NCBI RefSeq assembly: GCF_009914755.1
Contig: NC_060927.1
DNA length: 64,000 nucleotides
Source: the human T2T-CHM13v2.0 reference genome, Homo sapiens
Reading direction: 5' to 3' (one strand)
Positions within the stretch are counted from its first letter, which is position 1. Each line of letters starts with the position of its first letter. Shown here one piece after another: positions 1 through 13,358 of this stretch. A model generated the notes under the pieces. The model searched no databases. It saw only the letters and a program-made list of their open reading frames with translations, and was not told the DNA's origin. The translations under genes were made by a program, and so were the position numbers.

Positions 1-1270
1 TAATATGACATATTTAAATGTGTTTACCTACCTAATGAGGGAGTTTTCCATGAAAAAGATACATGATATATTATCTTATGTTCCATCAAACTTAACTAAG
101 ATTCCCATGCTTTTTTCCTACTTTTTTTCCCATGCTGTTTTTCCTCCCATGCTTTTTTCTTTTCCTCCTAGAAAAATATAAATAAAAAGTTTCTAGTTAA
201 ATGACATTGGGTTTTTGAGCCTGATTGCTTTGTCAACAACTTCATAGTGACATCACAACTAAAGGCAAGAAGTAATACTCTTATGATTTAAAGGGCAAAG
301 CAATGAGGTTTCTTGTTATTCCTTACTAATCACTGCTTGTTTTGACTCTGGAGATTTCCTCATTTCAAATGGTAGTCATAAGATTTATGTGTAAAAACGT
401 ATAATTTTATTGTAATCTTTTTTGGTGTAGGCTGTGTTCAATATCACTTACTCTGTGGATTTTAAAAGTTCGAATACAGTGACCTCTAAGAGGGGCACTC
501 CTCTGATTCTAATTGCCCCAAAATTGATGTGATTGTTTTCTGAAGAAGTAAAATGAATTTAAGTATTTAGACATTTATTTAAGTGGATGATTTTCTTTCC
601 CTAGGAAGGACATAACTGAAACAAGAAAAAATAAATCTTATAAAAGATTTTCAGCAGTTTATTGATATCAGGAGGCAAATTGTTTAATTAAACATATATA
701 TTTATATATATGTGCACACACATACACATACACATATACATATTTAAATCTGTCCTTCTATGCTTTATCTTATCCCACAGATATTCAATATTCTTATAAG
801 GTTACTCAAAGCTACATGTGATTATTTGTTTGGACATTATATTAAATATAGTTGGTTTCAAAGCAAAAATTGCACAAGACAAATTTTAACAGAAAAGAAA
901 GATTTATTCAAGGCTATTGCAATAGGAGACAGAAGCCATATCTATGTTTGAACTCAACTCTGGAAACAAATGTTGGGCTGGGATGAGCTATATAAGTACT
1001 GGGGGATATTAGTGAGGAGGTTGATCAATGAGCTATGTTGAGCACACTGAGTTATTTCCTGTTTGCAAATGCTTTTCTCTGTAATTAGGTCCCCTGTGTT
1101 TGCTAATTGGGGCCCTTCTAAGTTAGGGATCTACTTTCCCATAGGGACTGGGAAGATAGGGGCACAATATTCCTTGATAATTGCATTTGAAAGAATGGCT
1201 TCCAAGTCCTTAAGAAGGACGTTTATCTATTGTAAAATTGTCAATAGGCTTTTAGAAAGATTTACATATA

Positions 1271-1972
1271 CAGATATTCCTTGACTTGAAGCTAGTTCCA
1301 ATAAACCCAAAATAAATTGAAAATATTCTAAGTGGATGAGGTGCGGTAGCTCATGACTATAATCTCAGCATTCTGGGAGGCAAATGCAGGAGGATTGCTT
1401 GAGGACAGAAGTTCAAGATCAGCGAGACAACATAGTGAGACTCCATCTCTACCAATTTTTTTTTTTAATTAGCTGGGCACGGTGGTGCATGCCTGTAGTC
1501 CCAGCTACTTGTGAGGCTGAGGCAGGAGGATCCTTTGAGCCCAGGAATTGGAGGCTGTAATGACCTATGATCACCACTGCATTCCAGCTTGGCTAACAGT
1601 GCTAGATATTGTGTCTCAAAAAACAAACTAACTAACAAACAAAAACAAGTAAACAAAGAAAATACTGCAAGTGGAAAATGTATTCAAACATTCAATTACA
1701 CCTAAGCTAAGGAACATTATAGCTTAGCCTACCTAAAAGGTGCTCAGAGTAATTGTATTATTACATTAGCCAAAATTCAGCAACATCATCCAACCCAAAG
1801 CTTATATTACAATAAAGTGTTGAATATCTCATGTAATTTATTAAACACTGTACCAAAGTTGAAAAAGAGAATTTTTACATAGGTACTCCAAGACAGTTTC
1901 TGCTGAATACATATCATACAATAATAAAATTGAAAATTGTTAAGTTGAACCATTATAAGTTAGGGCCATCTG
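1271..1972 (+). mobile_element. MER47A (TcMar-Tigger DNA transposon fossil), interrupted by an Alu
   Basis: Termini cagat...atctg with TA on both sides (1269-70, 1973-74). Internal acacctaa/acattatagcttagcctacc/aataaagtgttgaatatctcatgtaatttatt resembles the MER47A consensus. Confidence 0.8.
1337..1657 (+). mobile_element. AluJ-type SINE
   Basis: Diverged dimeric Alu with gaggattgcttgag/ggatcctttgagcccagg (J-like). Imperfect TSD gaaaatattctaagtgga / gaaaatactgcaagtgga. Confidence 0.88.
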
Positions 1973-2382
1973 TATCACAAAGGGGCAGAGAATTTGCAAT
2001 TACATGTTTTCTAAATAAAATGCTCTAAGAACAGGGAGATCAGAGCCAAAAGTCAGGAAGAAGCCTGTCTAAAATTTAATCAGCAGAGGGAAACATTAAG
2101 GCCATCTTAGTCATTGAGCTTATTAAGAATGTCCAAATTCCCTAGACACATGTTAAGTAGAGGACTATGACTGTGGTTTTATTTTGTTATCAAAGCTGCT
2201 CAAGTGTAACCTAACTCAGGACATCATTTAGGAGGAGAACACGGTAAACCAAAATATATTAATAAGGAAGTGGCAGCCTTAATATATGAGATGGCATATT
2301 TTTAGAAAAAATTCATGTAAGTGAACCATAGCAGATATGACAACAAATTTTGGCAAAGAGAGGAGACATTCGTGAACTTAGA

Positions 2383-2675
2383 TTTTTGTTTTTTTTTTTG
2401 AGACAGGGTCTTAGTCTGTTGCCCAGGCAGTGACACGATCACTGTCACTGCAGCCTTGACCACTGGGCTTAGGTGTTCCTTCCACCTCAGCCTCCTGGGT
2501 GGCCAGGACTACAGGCGTGCACCACCACACCTGGTTAATTTCTTCTATTTTTCGTAGAGACAGGGTTTTGCCATGTGGCCCACGCTGGTCTGGAAATCCT
2601 GAGCTCAAGGCATCCACCTGCCCTGGCCTCCTCCCAAAGTGCTGGGATTGCAGGTTTGAACCACCATGCCCAGCC
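2383..2675 (-). mobile_element. AluJ-type SINE
   Basis: Poly-T, then gagacagggtct...ccatgcccagcc; diverged. Confidence 0.88.
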
Positions 2676-4919
2676 TACTCTTGGGGACTCTTCAGTTGCC
2701 TTACTTAGACAATTTATTTCATGGTTTTGTGGCAGGTCTACTGCCTGCCAATAATTCATAACTGTAGCATCCTGGATCAAAATTATGGCACGTGTAATCT
2801 TAGTGTTTATTTAATTTAGCTCTAATGATAATGAATAAAAATAAATTTGGCATTTGAATTAATATTTTATACTGCCCCAAACTTAAAATTCTTTTTATCT
2901 GTAAAATTAGAAGCCAATCCTCAGGTAATAATGTCATTCTTTTTGTTTTGAGATAATTATATAATGTTCATTGTATCTTTTAAACATCTGTATTCTCTTA
3001 TTTTCTAGATATTTGCAGAGGAAAGTAGTTTATACCAGACTATGATATCATATATACATTACTATGATCTATAATTAAACATAAATAAAAATATTGTACA
3101 TTACTCTTTTGAGCAGCATTTAATACTGTAAATTTTGTATGAAGAGTCACTGCATATGAATGAATACCTCTACTTTTGATAAGAGCCTGAAAAATCTGTA
3201 TACAGGCAGAGTTTTCCCCTGAAATTATAATAGGTAGAATCAGTGTGAATATTAATTCTTTTTTGAATTTAAAATAATTCTTGTCCCATTACTATGTGTG
3301 AGGCTCTGTTCTAGGAGCAGGGAATACCACAGTGAAGTAAATAGGGACAAAACTCACATACATATGGGTGGAGTCTGAAAGAAAGGAAAATAAAGAAACA
3401 ATAATATAGTATATTTTAAGATTGTTAGTGTTGTGGGGAAAAAAATCAGAAGTTAGGGAGTTCGGCAGTTCACATTTAAAATTTTAAATATAAGAAACAT
3501 TTTCTTTTGCAAAGTTTTGTGTGTGTATGTTTTAAAAAATATTTTGCTTTTTAAGAATGTTTAGCTTGGTCTTTTATTTCATGCTATTAAATATGCTGCC
3601 ATTTTTATTCTGTTAAGTTTTAACCATATCTGGCATTCAGTGTTAAAATTAATAAAATCACTACGGTTGTTTTATGTGTCTTTCTTTAACTTTTCCTTAC
3701 ATGTCCAATATGATGAAATATTGTGGCATATTATAAAGTTTGCATCATTTCTAAAAAAAAGTCAATGAACACAAAAATGAGTAGATTGATATCATTTTTA
3801 CTTATTTCATTTACCTTATCTTTCCTGTTTGTTGTTATTTTTAGGTGGGAGAATCATATTGCTGTGAGTTATTCTGCTAATTTCTTTTTTCTAGGATAAA
3901 GGAAAAGTACCTGGATCAAGAGTTTAAAAACTAATTTCATTATGCAAATAGGTGTATGGTATGTGCATGCATTGCCTGTTATTTGGATAGTAAGTATCTG
4001 TTGAGAATATTATGATTTCATTATACCATACATAGGAGAGTCAGAGAACATTATTTTTAAGGACAATTTTTAGTAGATCCATGATGAACTCAGATTATAT
4101 GAACTGTTAACATTTTACCATTTAAAACAAACATATCAATATTGACATTCAGCATAATAAAATCAATTTTTTAAAGGGTGATTAAAAAAGAGAAAACCAG
4201 GCTTTATGCTTATGTGTGGAAAACATATCTACCAAAATATATTTATATGTATTAAGCTTCCTTTGAATAATACTGTGCTTCAATGGAATAATAGACCTAC
4301 TGGCCACTTTTTAGAAAATAGAAACAAAGTCAATTTTATTACAATTGTTGTCCTTATAATAATGTGAATTAGAAAACTATATGTTTTCAGTAAAACCTCT
4401 TGTAAGGACAATGGAGTTCTTGAAATGTGGGCTTTCGTAAAGGGCCAACTGGCCCAAATTTCAACCTCATTTGAAGAATGGTATATGATTGGCTTTGCCC
4501 GTTTCTGACAGGGACTCAGCCTGGAGAGAAGGGGGCTTCTGGGTCAGATTACTTTTTTAACGTCGTGAATTCCCTATGAATTTAATAATTTATTTATACT
4601 TCTACCTGGAGAAAATCAAACAATGCTTTTTCCTTTTAAAATTTCTTATGTTTGATATTGCCACCCCATGGCTTCTATTTTTCTCTTCAAACTGGTCTTT
4701 TATGCTTACTTTTAATTTAGGACAGGTATCATCCTGGCTTCTGTATACCTTTAAGGATTGATTTAGGTGATACATGTCTCAAGGGGCTCCCCTATCTCTG
4801 ACACATATTTGATTTTAGAGTTTCATTCAACAATGATGCATTGGTCATAATTGCCCTTGATTTTTTAGACAATTTCCAATAAATGTGATCAAATACAATC
4901 TACGTTTGCCCCAAACAAT

Positions 4920-5115
4920 ACAGTTTCTGATAGCTGCTTGTGACTATTTAAATTTAAATTTAATTAAATAAAATTAAATGGAATTCAAATTTAGTCCCTC
5001 AGTCACACTAGCCCCATTTCAAGTCCTCAAGAAACGCATGTGGCTAATGATTACGGTGGTATAGTAGAGATAGAGAACATTTCCATTATTGCAGAAAGTT
5101 TATTGAATGGTGCTT
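4920..5115. mobile_element. MER3 (hAT-Charlie DNA transposon fossil)
   Basis: ccctcagtcacactagcc..atttcaagt...atgtggcta...agaacatttccattattgcagaaagtt resembles MER3. Confidence 0.7.
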
Positions 5116-7914
5116 ATATATGTTTTTATTGAGAAATAATGCAACTGACTTTTAGATTAAAAATCCATCCAAGTTCTCCACAACTCTATTAAACAGAAAA
5201 GCTGAAACTAGCTTCCAGATCTTTGGCATCAAGTAAGACGCTTTTTAAGAGTTCAGCTGCGCCCAGGAACATGGGCCATTTATAATGCCTAATTTTCTAT
5301 TTAATGGTTTTCCTTCCTTGACCTTGCAATCAATATAGGAGAAAAGTTTTGCTGTATTCATTTATATGAAGAAGAAAATTATTAGGATACCAGAAGTTGT
5401 ATTTAATTTTTTGTTTGAAAATGTATACATGTATCTAGATTCTTTGATGTGAACTTAATATTTAATGATGATCCTTAAAATATCAGTATAGCTTAACATT
5501 TCTAACAATCCTAGAAGTGAGAGATAATAGAATATTTTGACAGTATGAGTTTAATTTGTGTTGTAAAGGTCTTAGAAGGGTCTGAAAGCCTCATGACAAG
5601 TCAGAAGGTGGAAGGCATTGTCAAGATATCTCATTTACAGATCACAAATATATACTGTACCATTGAACTCATCTTCCAACTTTCTTGTGAATCAGATTTG
5701 GGGTTAGGTTAGACCCCAAAAGGTTTTACTACCTATGGGACAGGTTAAATAAACATGTTAAGGCTAAATTATGTGGGTGCATCAGAAGCAAGTTTTTATT
5801 GCTGTAAGAAATAAAAGCAGAGTTTTTAGAGAGGCTTTTATAATGTATCTTTAAACACTTTATTTACTGTGGGGCAGAAATTACATACAGTTTATCTTCT
5901 ATGCAATTCCTTCCAAAAACAATTGTGTATTTGTCACAACACACACATCAGATACTGAGAGTTAAAAATAGATATACCTACCAGCAGATGTGGTATTTTT
6001 CATTTTCAAGTAAATCTAGTCCAAATCATGTTTTCTTTCTTGGGGTGTGTGTTCATTTTTTCATTGACATACCAGTGTGTGGGTATCTTCAAGTTATATG
6101 TATTGCAGTCGTGGCACTGAAACCCGGTCCATAGCCAGTTCACCACATCAATGCTTAGGCCCAAGGAAGATTAAGTTAAAGTAGCTCAACAGTGCATCTG
6201 GGAAATAGGGCCTTTCACCTTTATTTTTTTCTAAAATAGATGGTTGCCTTCAGTAAAGCCAAAGTAAAAGAAACCACAAATCCTCCTTAAATAATAATCT
6301 TTAAACTTTTATAGGGGTTTTCATTTAATGCAGATTGTTTGCCTCTTGACTACCTAATATTTATATCTCTTTTTATTTACTTTATTTTAACACTGTATTT
6401 CTTTTGTGTAGGCAATTGTGTATTTAAGAAATGATGGCCACTATCACTTTAATTTTCTCTTTCTTTCCTGTAATTGACTAAATTTATAAAAATATTCTGA
6501 AACTTTTGTGTCACATTAGAGTAGTAGTTTGATTCCAGTTGAACCAACATTGGAAATCACTTATTTAATCTTTTTCTGTTCACTTCATGTGGCTTCTTCA
6601 TACAAGTGTTTCTTAGCCAGCACACACATTCTTATCGCCTGAGGAGCTTTTGGAAAAAATGAATGCTGGTGCTAGGATATTCTCCCAGATCAATTAATAA
6701 TTCCCTCCACCAGATATGACAAGGTATTTTTATTTTACAACCCTTCTCCATTTTTCTTGAATTTGCTGTGATCCCACACTTTACGTAATTTGGCTAGAAC
6801 ATTGAAAACAACGTGCTTGTTAAAAAGCTAGTATGTATACATATAAACCCATGTTTGTACTATAACACACTGACTCTAATAACTGGGAAAATACCCATAA
6901 TGAATCTTAATTTCTTTACTAGGAGATTTATGGGGAAATATTTTGTTGATGCCTTCCACGCTTTTAATGCCCTCACTGTGTGATAAACAGGAACCATGTA
7001 TCAGAATGTGGCCAGGTGTGGATTGAATTGGAAAGAAAGGATAGTTCATATCCCAGCTTAAGTTATCCATTAGGAAATACATGTGAATTTAATTCACCCG
7101 TTTTCATCTTTAAGATTATGCACATTAAATAGGGAGCAGACTCACTTATTTAAAGACTTATTCAGTTGAGACTGGGTTTACAGTAATTTTATAAGTATAG
7201 ACATCTGTGTTTAGTGCCACGTTCAGCATAGTTTGTTGAATAAAAACCAAATTTTAAATTCTAGAAGAAAGTTTTGATGCATTTTTTCTAACCAAAACCC
7301 AATATATTTAAAATATAGTTTAAAGTGCTAAATGGCATTATTTTATCCATAGTTTTCCTTACCAATACAATTGTTGAAAAAAAAATCTGATTATCACAAA
7401 GATGAATTGCCTAAGTCCAGGAAAATGTGCAAATATAGAACCAGTGAAATCTTCAAACAATCTTCTTTGCAGAATGCCCAAAGTTTCTAATTAAGGTCAG
7501 TCCTTAAGTAACATGTAAATATATTCAATCTAATATTGATGAAGCCAGATACAGCATAGTGATTAATTATGCATTACTTCTACAGAGTTTTCAAGTTAAA
7601 GAGATTAAGTTTCCCTGTATAAAATAATTGGTCATAGGGAGTAGGTGAATGAAAATAATTTATTTTAGTCTTAATAACACAGGGTGTTTTAAATTAATTA
7701 TAGGCTCTTAAAATCCATTGATTTTGTAAGTAGACTTCTATTTTCTTATTAACCTTAAGTTACTGATAGAAAGTTGAAATTGTTAACCATTTTTATGTAA
7801 CTTTTCAGCCAATTCATATAAACTCTTATACGTAGCGTTATTAATCTGTAATAATTTGTCATAATTTTCATAAGCAGTTGCTAGAATTTATAGCTATATG
7901 AAAACAAATTTTAT

Positions 7915-8209
<295 letters not shown>

Positions 8210-9894
8210 TGCTATTAAAATAAAAACAAAGAGCAATACATAATATCATGAAGATTTTAAGAGAAGTACAAAATACTTTTTATTCTCAGAAACTGTTGAA
8301 TTTTAAAGAAACAAGATAAAGTGATTGACAGATAGATAGGACAATGAGAATATGTAAGTTATCTCTATAGTTAAGACCTCAATGTCCAAAGACACAGTTT
8401 TTTATTGAAAATAGTTATTCTTTCCTTCAAAATTTGCTAGCCTATACTACATCAGATAAAAACATAATAAACCTCATTGACTTACATAATAATTTCTAGT
8501 GTGAGAATACCTTTTCAAAGGATCATTGTAATACCCCTATAATGGAGACAAATGTTTTCATGCATATTTCACAGAAAAGGAAATGGAATGGATACTATAT
8601 AGCGGGGCCCATGTTAGTCATCTTACAAAGATTACCATTAATATTCTCCATTTTTAAGGTAATATAACTTACCTAACCATATCATTTTGATTATGTCATA
8701 ATGACCCTTTTGAAAAGTGACTATTCCTTTTAAAGGATTTAGTGAAAATGTTCCCCTTCAAATTTATTATTTGGCAAATAATATGTTTCTCCTGAACTGA
8801 TGTATTGTGACTGAAGGAAAAAGTCACATACACTACGATACAATTAAATTCTGCTAAATAACTGGACTATTTGTATTAATATTAACAATGTGGCTGTATA
8901 AAAAAAAAAAAACAGGTCAGTAGAGACACACAGAATAATCAGGTGAATTGGAATACACTGCATATAGATCAATAGTTACTCCAGAACAAAGTTTGAAGAT
9001 GATATAACCTATGTCATATGTATAAGAAAATAATATGGAAAATATGTTTTGTTATGTCTTAAGAGATATTATTTGTGGTGAGAATGTTTTCCTGAAATGA
9101 GAAGGGATAATGTTTTCAATTTTTAAAAATCCTTATTTTACTAACTATTGGTTGAGGACATGATTAAAGTTGCATTAGCCTTTTCAGTTAAAAAAGGTTG
9201 ATCTTCAGTTTCTGATAAACTTACAAGGCTCTTAATTTGTTTCTTGTAGTTTAGCTTTGGACTGTCTTAGCACCTGATCACTGACTGTAAGAACAAAGAA
9301 CCCCGTGACTACCTAAGGAAACCTTTAACTGGCCTTATATTGTCCATAGTAATCCACAATGGAATGATTTAATGAGAGCCAGTTTCTTAGAACTTTGGAG
9401 TTTGAGGTTTGGTTTTACAGGTAGAGGCTTAATTAAGTGGCACCTGGCAGGCAAGAGTTGGTCTGGACTTGATCTAACAGATTCCATTTACAAAATCACC
9501 TTCCAGAGGGTGCTTCCCTGGGTATATTCAGCTCTACAACTGATATTTCAAGTGTTTTTGCAGTATTTTACTTTCTGCTCATTTGTATAAGAATTAATCC
9601 ATTACATAAATTTAGTTTTGAAATATAAACAAGGATATATTATATATATATATATATTTAGTCATTAGACCCTCTCAGTAATTACAAAGATTCAATAATA
9701 AATTATGCCTTCACTAAGGAGGTATCATTTAGACATGTTCTGTCAATAAATGCAAAATGTTCCTCTATAACCATACGTAAGAGGAAACTAACATAAGGGA
9801 AGCTTTTGGGTTTTTTCCATGCAATCCACATGGTATAGTAGTGTATAATACTGTGTCCGGAATTGGTGGGTTCTTGGTTTCGCTGACTTCAAGA

Positions 9895-10170
9895 ATGAAG
9901 CCGCGGACCCTGGCGGTGAGTGTTACAGCTCTTAAGGTGGCGTGTCTGGAGTTTGTTCCTTCTGATATTCGGATATGTTCAGAGTTTCTTCCTTCTGGTG
10001 GGTTCGTGGTCTGGCTGGCTCAGAAGTGAAGCTGCAGACCTTTGCGGTGAGTGTTACAGCTCTTAAGGCGGCGAGTCTAGAGTTGTTCCTTCCTCCAGGT
10101 GGGCTCCTGGTCTCGCTGGCTTCCGGAGTGAAGCTGCAGACTTTCTCAGTGAGTGTTACAGCTCATAAAA
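9895..10170 (-). repeat. LTR12C U5 tandem repeats (3 copies)
   Basis: Motif tgaagc.gc.gacc....ggtgagtgttacagctc at about 9896, 10026 and 10128. Confidence 0.85.
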
Positions 10171-10290
10171 GCAGTGTGGACCCAAAGAGTGAGCAGCAGC
10201 AAGATTTAGTGCAAAGAGTGAAAGAACAAAGCTTCCACAGTGTGGATGGGGACCCCAGAGGTTTGCCACCACTCGCTCGGGCAGCGTGCT

Positions 10291-10770
10291 TTTATTCTCT
10301 TATCTGGCCCCACTCACATCCTGCTGATTGGTAGAGCCCAGTGGTCTGTTTTGACAGGGCACTGATTGGTGCGTTTACAATCCCTGAGCTAGACACAAAG
10401 GTTCTCTACGTCCCCACTAGATTAACTAGTTACAGAGTGTGGACACAAAGGTTCTCCAAGGCCCCACCAGAGTAGCCAGATACAGTGTCGATTGGTGCAT
10501 TCACAAACCCTGAGCTAGACACAGGGTGCTGACTGGTGTGTTTACAAACCTTGAGCTAGCTACAGAGTGCCCACTGGTGTATTTACAATCCCTGAGCTAG
10601 ACATAAATGTTCTCCAAGGCCCCACCAGAGTAGCTAGATACAGAGTGTCGATTGGTGCATTCACAAACCCTGAGCTAGACACAGGGTGCTGACTGGTGTG
10701 TTTACAAACCTTGAGCTAGATACAGAGTGCCGACTGGTGTATTTACAATCCCTGAGCTAGACATAAAGGT
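10291..10770 (-). promoter_or_regulatory. LTR12C U3 promoter/enhancer (CCAAT repeat array, GATA site, AATAAA TATA-like box)
   Basis: Intact minus-strand CCAAT at 10327, 10365, 10491 and 10651; AGATAA at 10300-10305; AATAAA at 10291-10296. This is the known ERV9 LTR promoter layout and would drive transcription toward lower coordinates. Confidence 0.75.
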
Positions 10771-10849
10771 TCTCCACGTCCCCTCCAGACTCAGGAGCCC
10801 AGCTGGCTTCACCCAGTGGATCCCTCACCGGGGCTGCAGGTGGAGCTGC

Positions 10850-11420
10850 CTGCCAGTCCCGCGCCGTGCGCCCGCGCTCCTCAGCCCTTGGGTGGTCGAT
10901 GGGACTGGGCGCCGTGGAGCAGGGGGCGGCGCTCGTCGGGGAGGCTCAGGCCGCACAGGAGCCCACGGAGGGGATGGGAGGCTCAGGCATGGCGGGCCCT
11001 GCCCCGCGGGAAGGCAGCTAAGGCCCGGTGAGAAATCGAGCGCAGCGCCGGTGGGCTGGCACTGCTGGGGGACCCAGTACACCCTCCGCAGCCGCTGGCC
11101 CAGGTGCTAAGCCCCTCATTGCCTGGGGCCCGCAGGGCCGGCCGGCTGCTCTGAGTGCGGGGTCCGCCAAGCCCACGCCCACCCGGAACTCCAGCTGGCC
11201 CGCAAGCGCCGCGCGCAGCCCCGGTTCCCGCTCGCGCGTCTCCCTCCACACCTCCCTGCAAGCTGAGGGAGCCGGCTCTGGCCTTGGCCAGCCCAGAAAG
11301 GGGCTCCCACAGTGCAGCGGCGGGCCGAAGGGCCCCTCAAGTGCCGCCAAAGTGGGAGCCCAGGCAGAGGAGGCGCCGAGAGCGAGCGAGGGCCGTGGGG
11401 ACTGCCAGCACGCTGTCACC
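10850..11420. other. CpG-island-like segment within LTR12C
   Basis: Very GC-rich with many intact CpGs, against CpG-depleted AT-rich flanks. Confidence 0.8.
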
Positions 11421-13336
11421 TCTCAATACCACACGCTATACTAGTAGTATATAAGGATGTTTGCTACATAAATCATCTTTAACATAAATTGGTAAGTAGC
11501 TATGCCATGAGCTATTCATACTTAACCACAGTTTTTGTAATTTTAGCAGAGTTGGTTATACATGTTTAGTACCAATATATCTGTTATTTTTAGTTGTTGA
11601 AATTAAAAAGAACCTTTAGTCAAAATTCAAGTCTTTTTAAGATGTCTTTTACTTGATAAGATTGTGGTGGTTAATCTTCTTCAATTTTTGCTATACACAG
11701 CTAATCGATTGTCCACCAAAGATTATAACAACATAGAATTTTAAGGTAAATTTAAATATAAGAGATTTGCTATATATAATTGTGCAAATTTTTTAAAAAT
11801 TTTAATTATTGAGAGATTTTATTTAATTTTAATGAAACTAATTGTATTACAGATATCCCAAATGGGGATATAATTTCAAATAAGACAAACTGTGCTCTTC
11901 CAGTAGTTTGAATACTGTTCATTATACTGCTAAATTTAAGTAATACTATTTGAATAACATGGAATGGATTATACTTGTTATAAGTTAATGTAATTCATAA
12001 TAAGTATTTTTATTAATTTGTGTAATTTTTAACAAAAAAAGCAATGTCTCTGATAAAAATTATTTTTATTCATAAGTAAATATAAATGTGTATATAAAAT
12101 GCAAAACAATGGTTTGAAAATCAGAGATTATAATATATTAGTTGCATTTCTTTGATATAAGCAAACAAAAACATTTGGTGTGAAAATTAAAATCATTTTA
12201 CAAAGCAAAAAATAGTCATATTTTAAATATATTGTAACATTAGAAAATTCTTTTTTCAGAATATTCTATCACTGGTAATGTAAACCTTTGGACATGACCA
12301 CAATCATAAATTCAAAATTCTCTAGAACTTACTCCCTCTCTAACATATTATTGTAGTAATATATAATTATGCTGTTATATAATGAGGGGTACTTCGGTTT
12401 GCTTTTCTATTGGCACAATATAATTTTGTAATGTAAACATAAATGTAGTCATGTTAAAATATTACTATCTTGTAAATGTATAATGCTGTAGAATTTAAAT
12501 TTCTATTCACAATCAAAAGCACATATAGTACTCATCATTGTAATCAGAAATTACAGAAATCAGAATACCATCACTGCTTTACAGGTGTGAAAAATTAGCC
12601 TCAATAAGTTTAAGTGGCCAGATTCAGTACATGAGTTTTTCAGCATTCTAATAGCTGCCTCCTCAAAACACAGAATGTGATTGGCAATTAATCAGTTGTA
12701 AATATTATAGTATTCAAATATTGCTGTAGAAGCATTATTTCAATACACAAACATTTTGTAAAACTTTTAATTTATACATCCAGTTGTGTTTTTTATACTT
12801 TCATCAGTAGTGAACAAATATCTATTAGAGAGCCGTAGTATTGAATTTAGCTCTCTGAGTTCAAAGCACTTACTTCTGTTTAAAATTAAGTGCCATGATC
12901 AAGAATTGTTAACTAATTTTTAAATTTATATTCTCATCAAGTAAAGAGTAGAGACCCTAGAGATTTATAGCAATCTACAAATCTCGCTTGAATATGTAGG
13001 TGTCATTTATCTATTGGTGTGTTTTATTGTGAAAATGGTTTCAAGTATCGTTGTCTGTACATTTGGATAACAGACTTCTAGAAGTAGGCAGAAAGAGGGT
13101 TGACAGTGACTGAAATGTTGTTTTACACTATTTCGATTTCCCTCATCATCACTTTTCATGTTTAGTTAAAGGCATGTAGCTTCATTTTGAGGAAATTGGA
13201 GTTCTAAAGGAAGAATAAAATAAATAACTAGGAAAAGCTGTGAGTGGTAATAAGAAGCTGATAGTGGAATTCACCCTCCTAAATGTAGCTTTTATTTATT
13301 TCCTGATAATCTAGTAGCAATTAGGTACTGAGTAAT

Positions 13337-13358
13337 GTGTGTGTGTGTGTGTGTGTGT
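13337..13358. repeat. (TG)n microsatellite
   Basis: Direct reading of the sequence. Confidence 0.9.

Larger units (their letters stand above)
850..2113. mobile_element. Old ERV-class LTR remnant (subfamily not assigned), split by MER47A
   Basis: LTR-like sequence on both sides of MER47A appears to join across it (...aaagatttacatata | tcacaaaggggcagag...) and ends in ...cttagtca. Family recognised from memory only; boundaries approximate. Confidence 0.45.
9852..11425 (-). mobile_element. Solo LTR12C (ERV9/HERV9 LTR)
   Basis: Minus strand begins TGAGAGGTGACAGCGTGCTGGCAG and ends CCACCAATTCCGGACACA. 4-bp TSD ATAC at 9848-9851 and 11426-11429. No internal ERV sequence. Confidence 0.95.

Noticed and set aside
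102-165. Three imperfect copies of cccatgct(t/g)tttt
   Set aside because: Short slippage-type repeat in a pyrimidine tract with no sign of function.
10320-10790. CRISPR-like periodic repeats of about 40 bp
   Set aside because: They are contiguous LTR12 U3 enhancer repeats with no unique spacers and no cas genes, in primate DNA.
9841-11454. Many overlapping 60-140 aa ORFs on both strands
   Set aside because: All lie in the GC-rich LTR12C, where stop codons are scarce. They show no gag/pol/env similarity.
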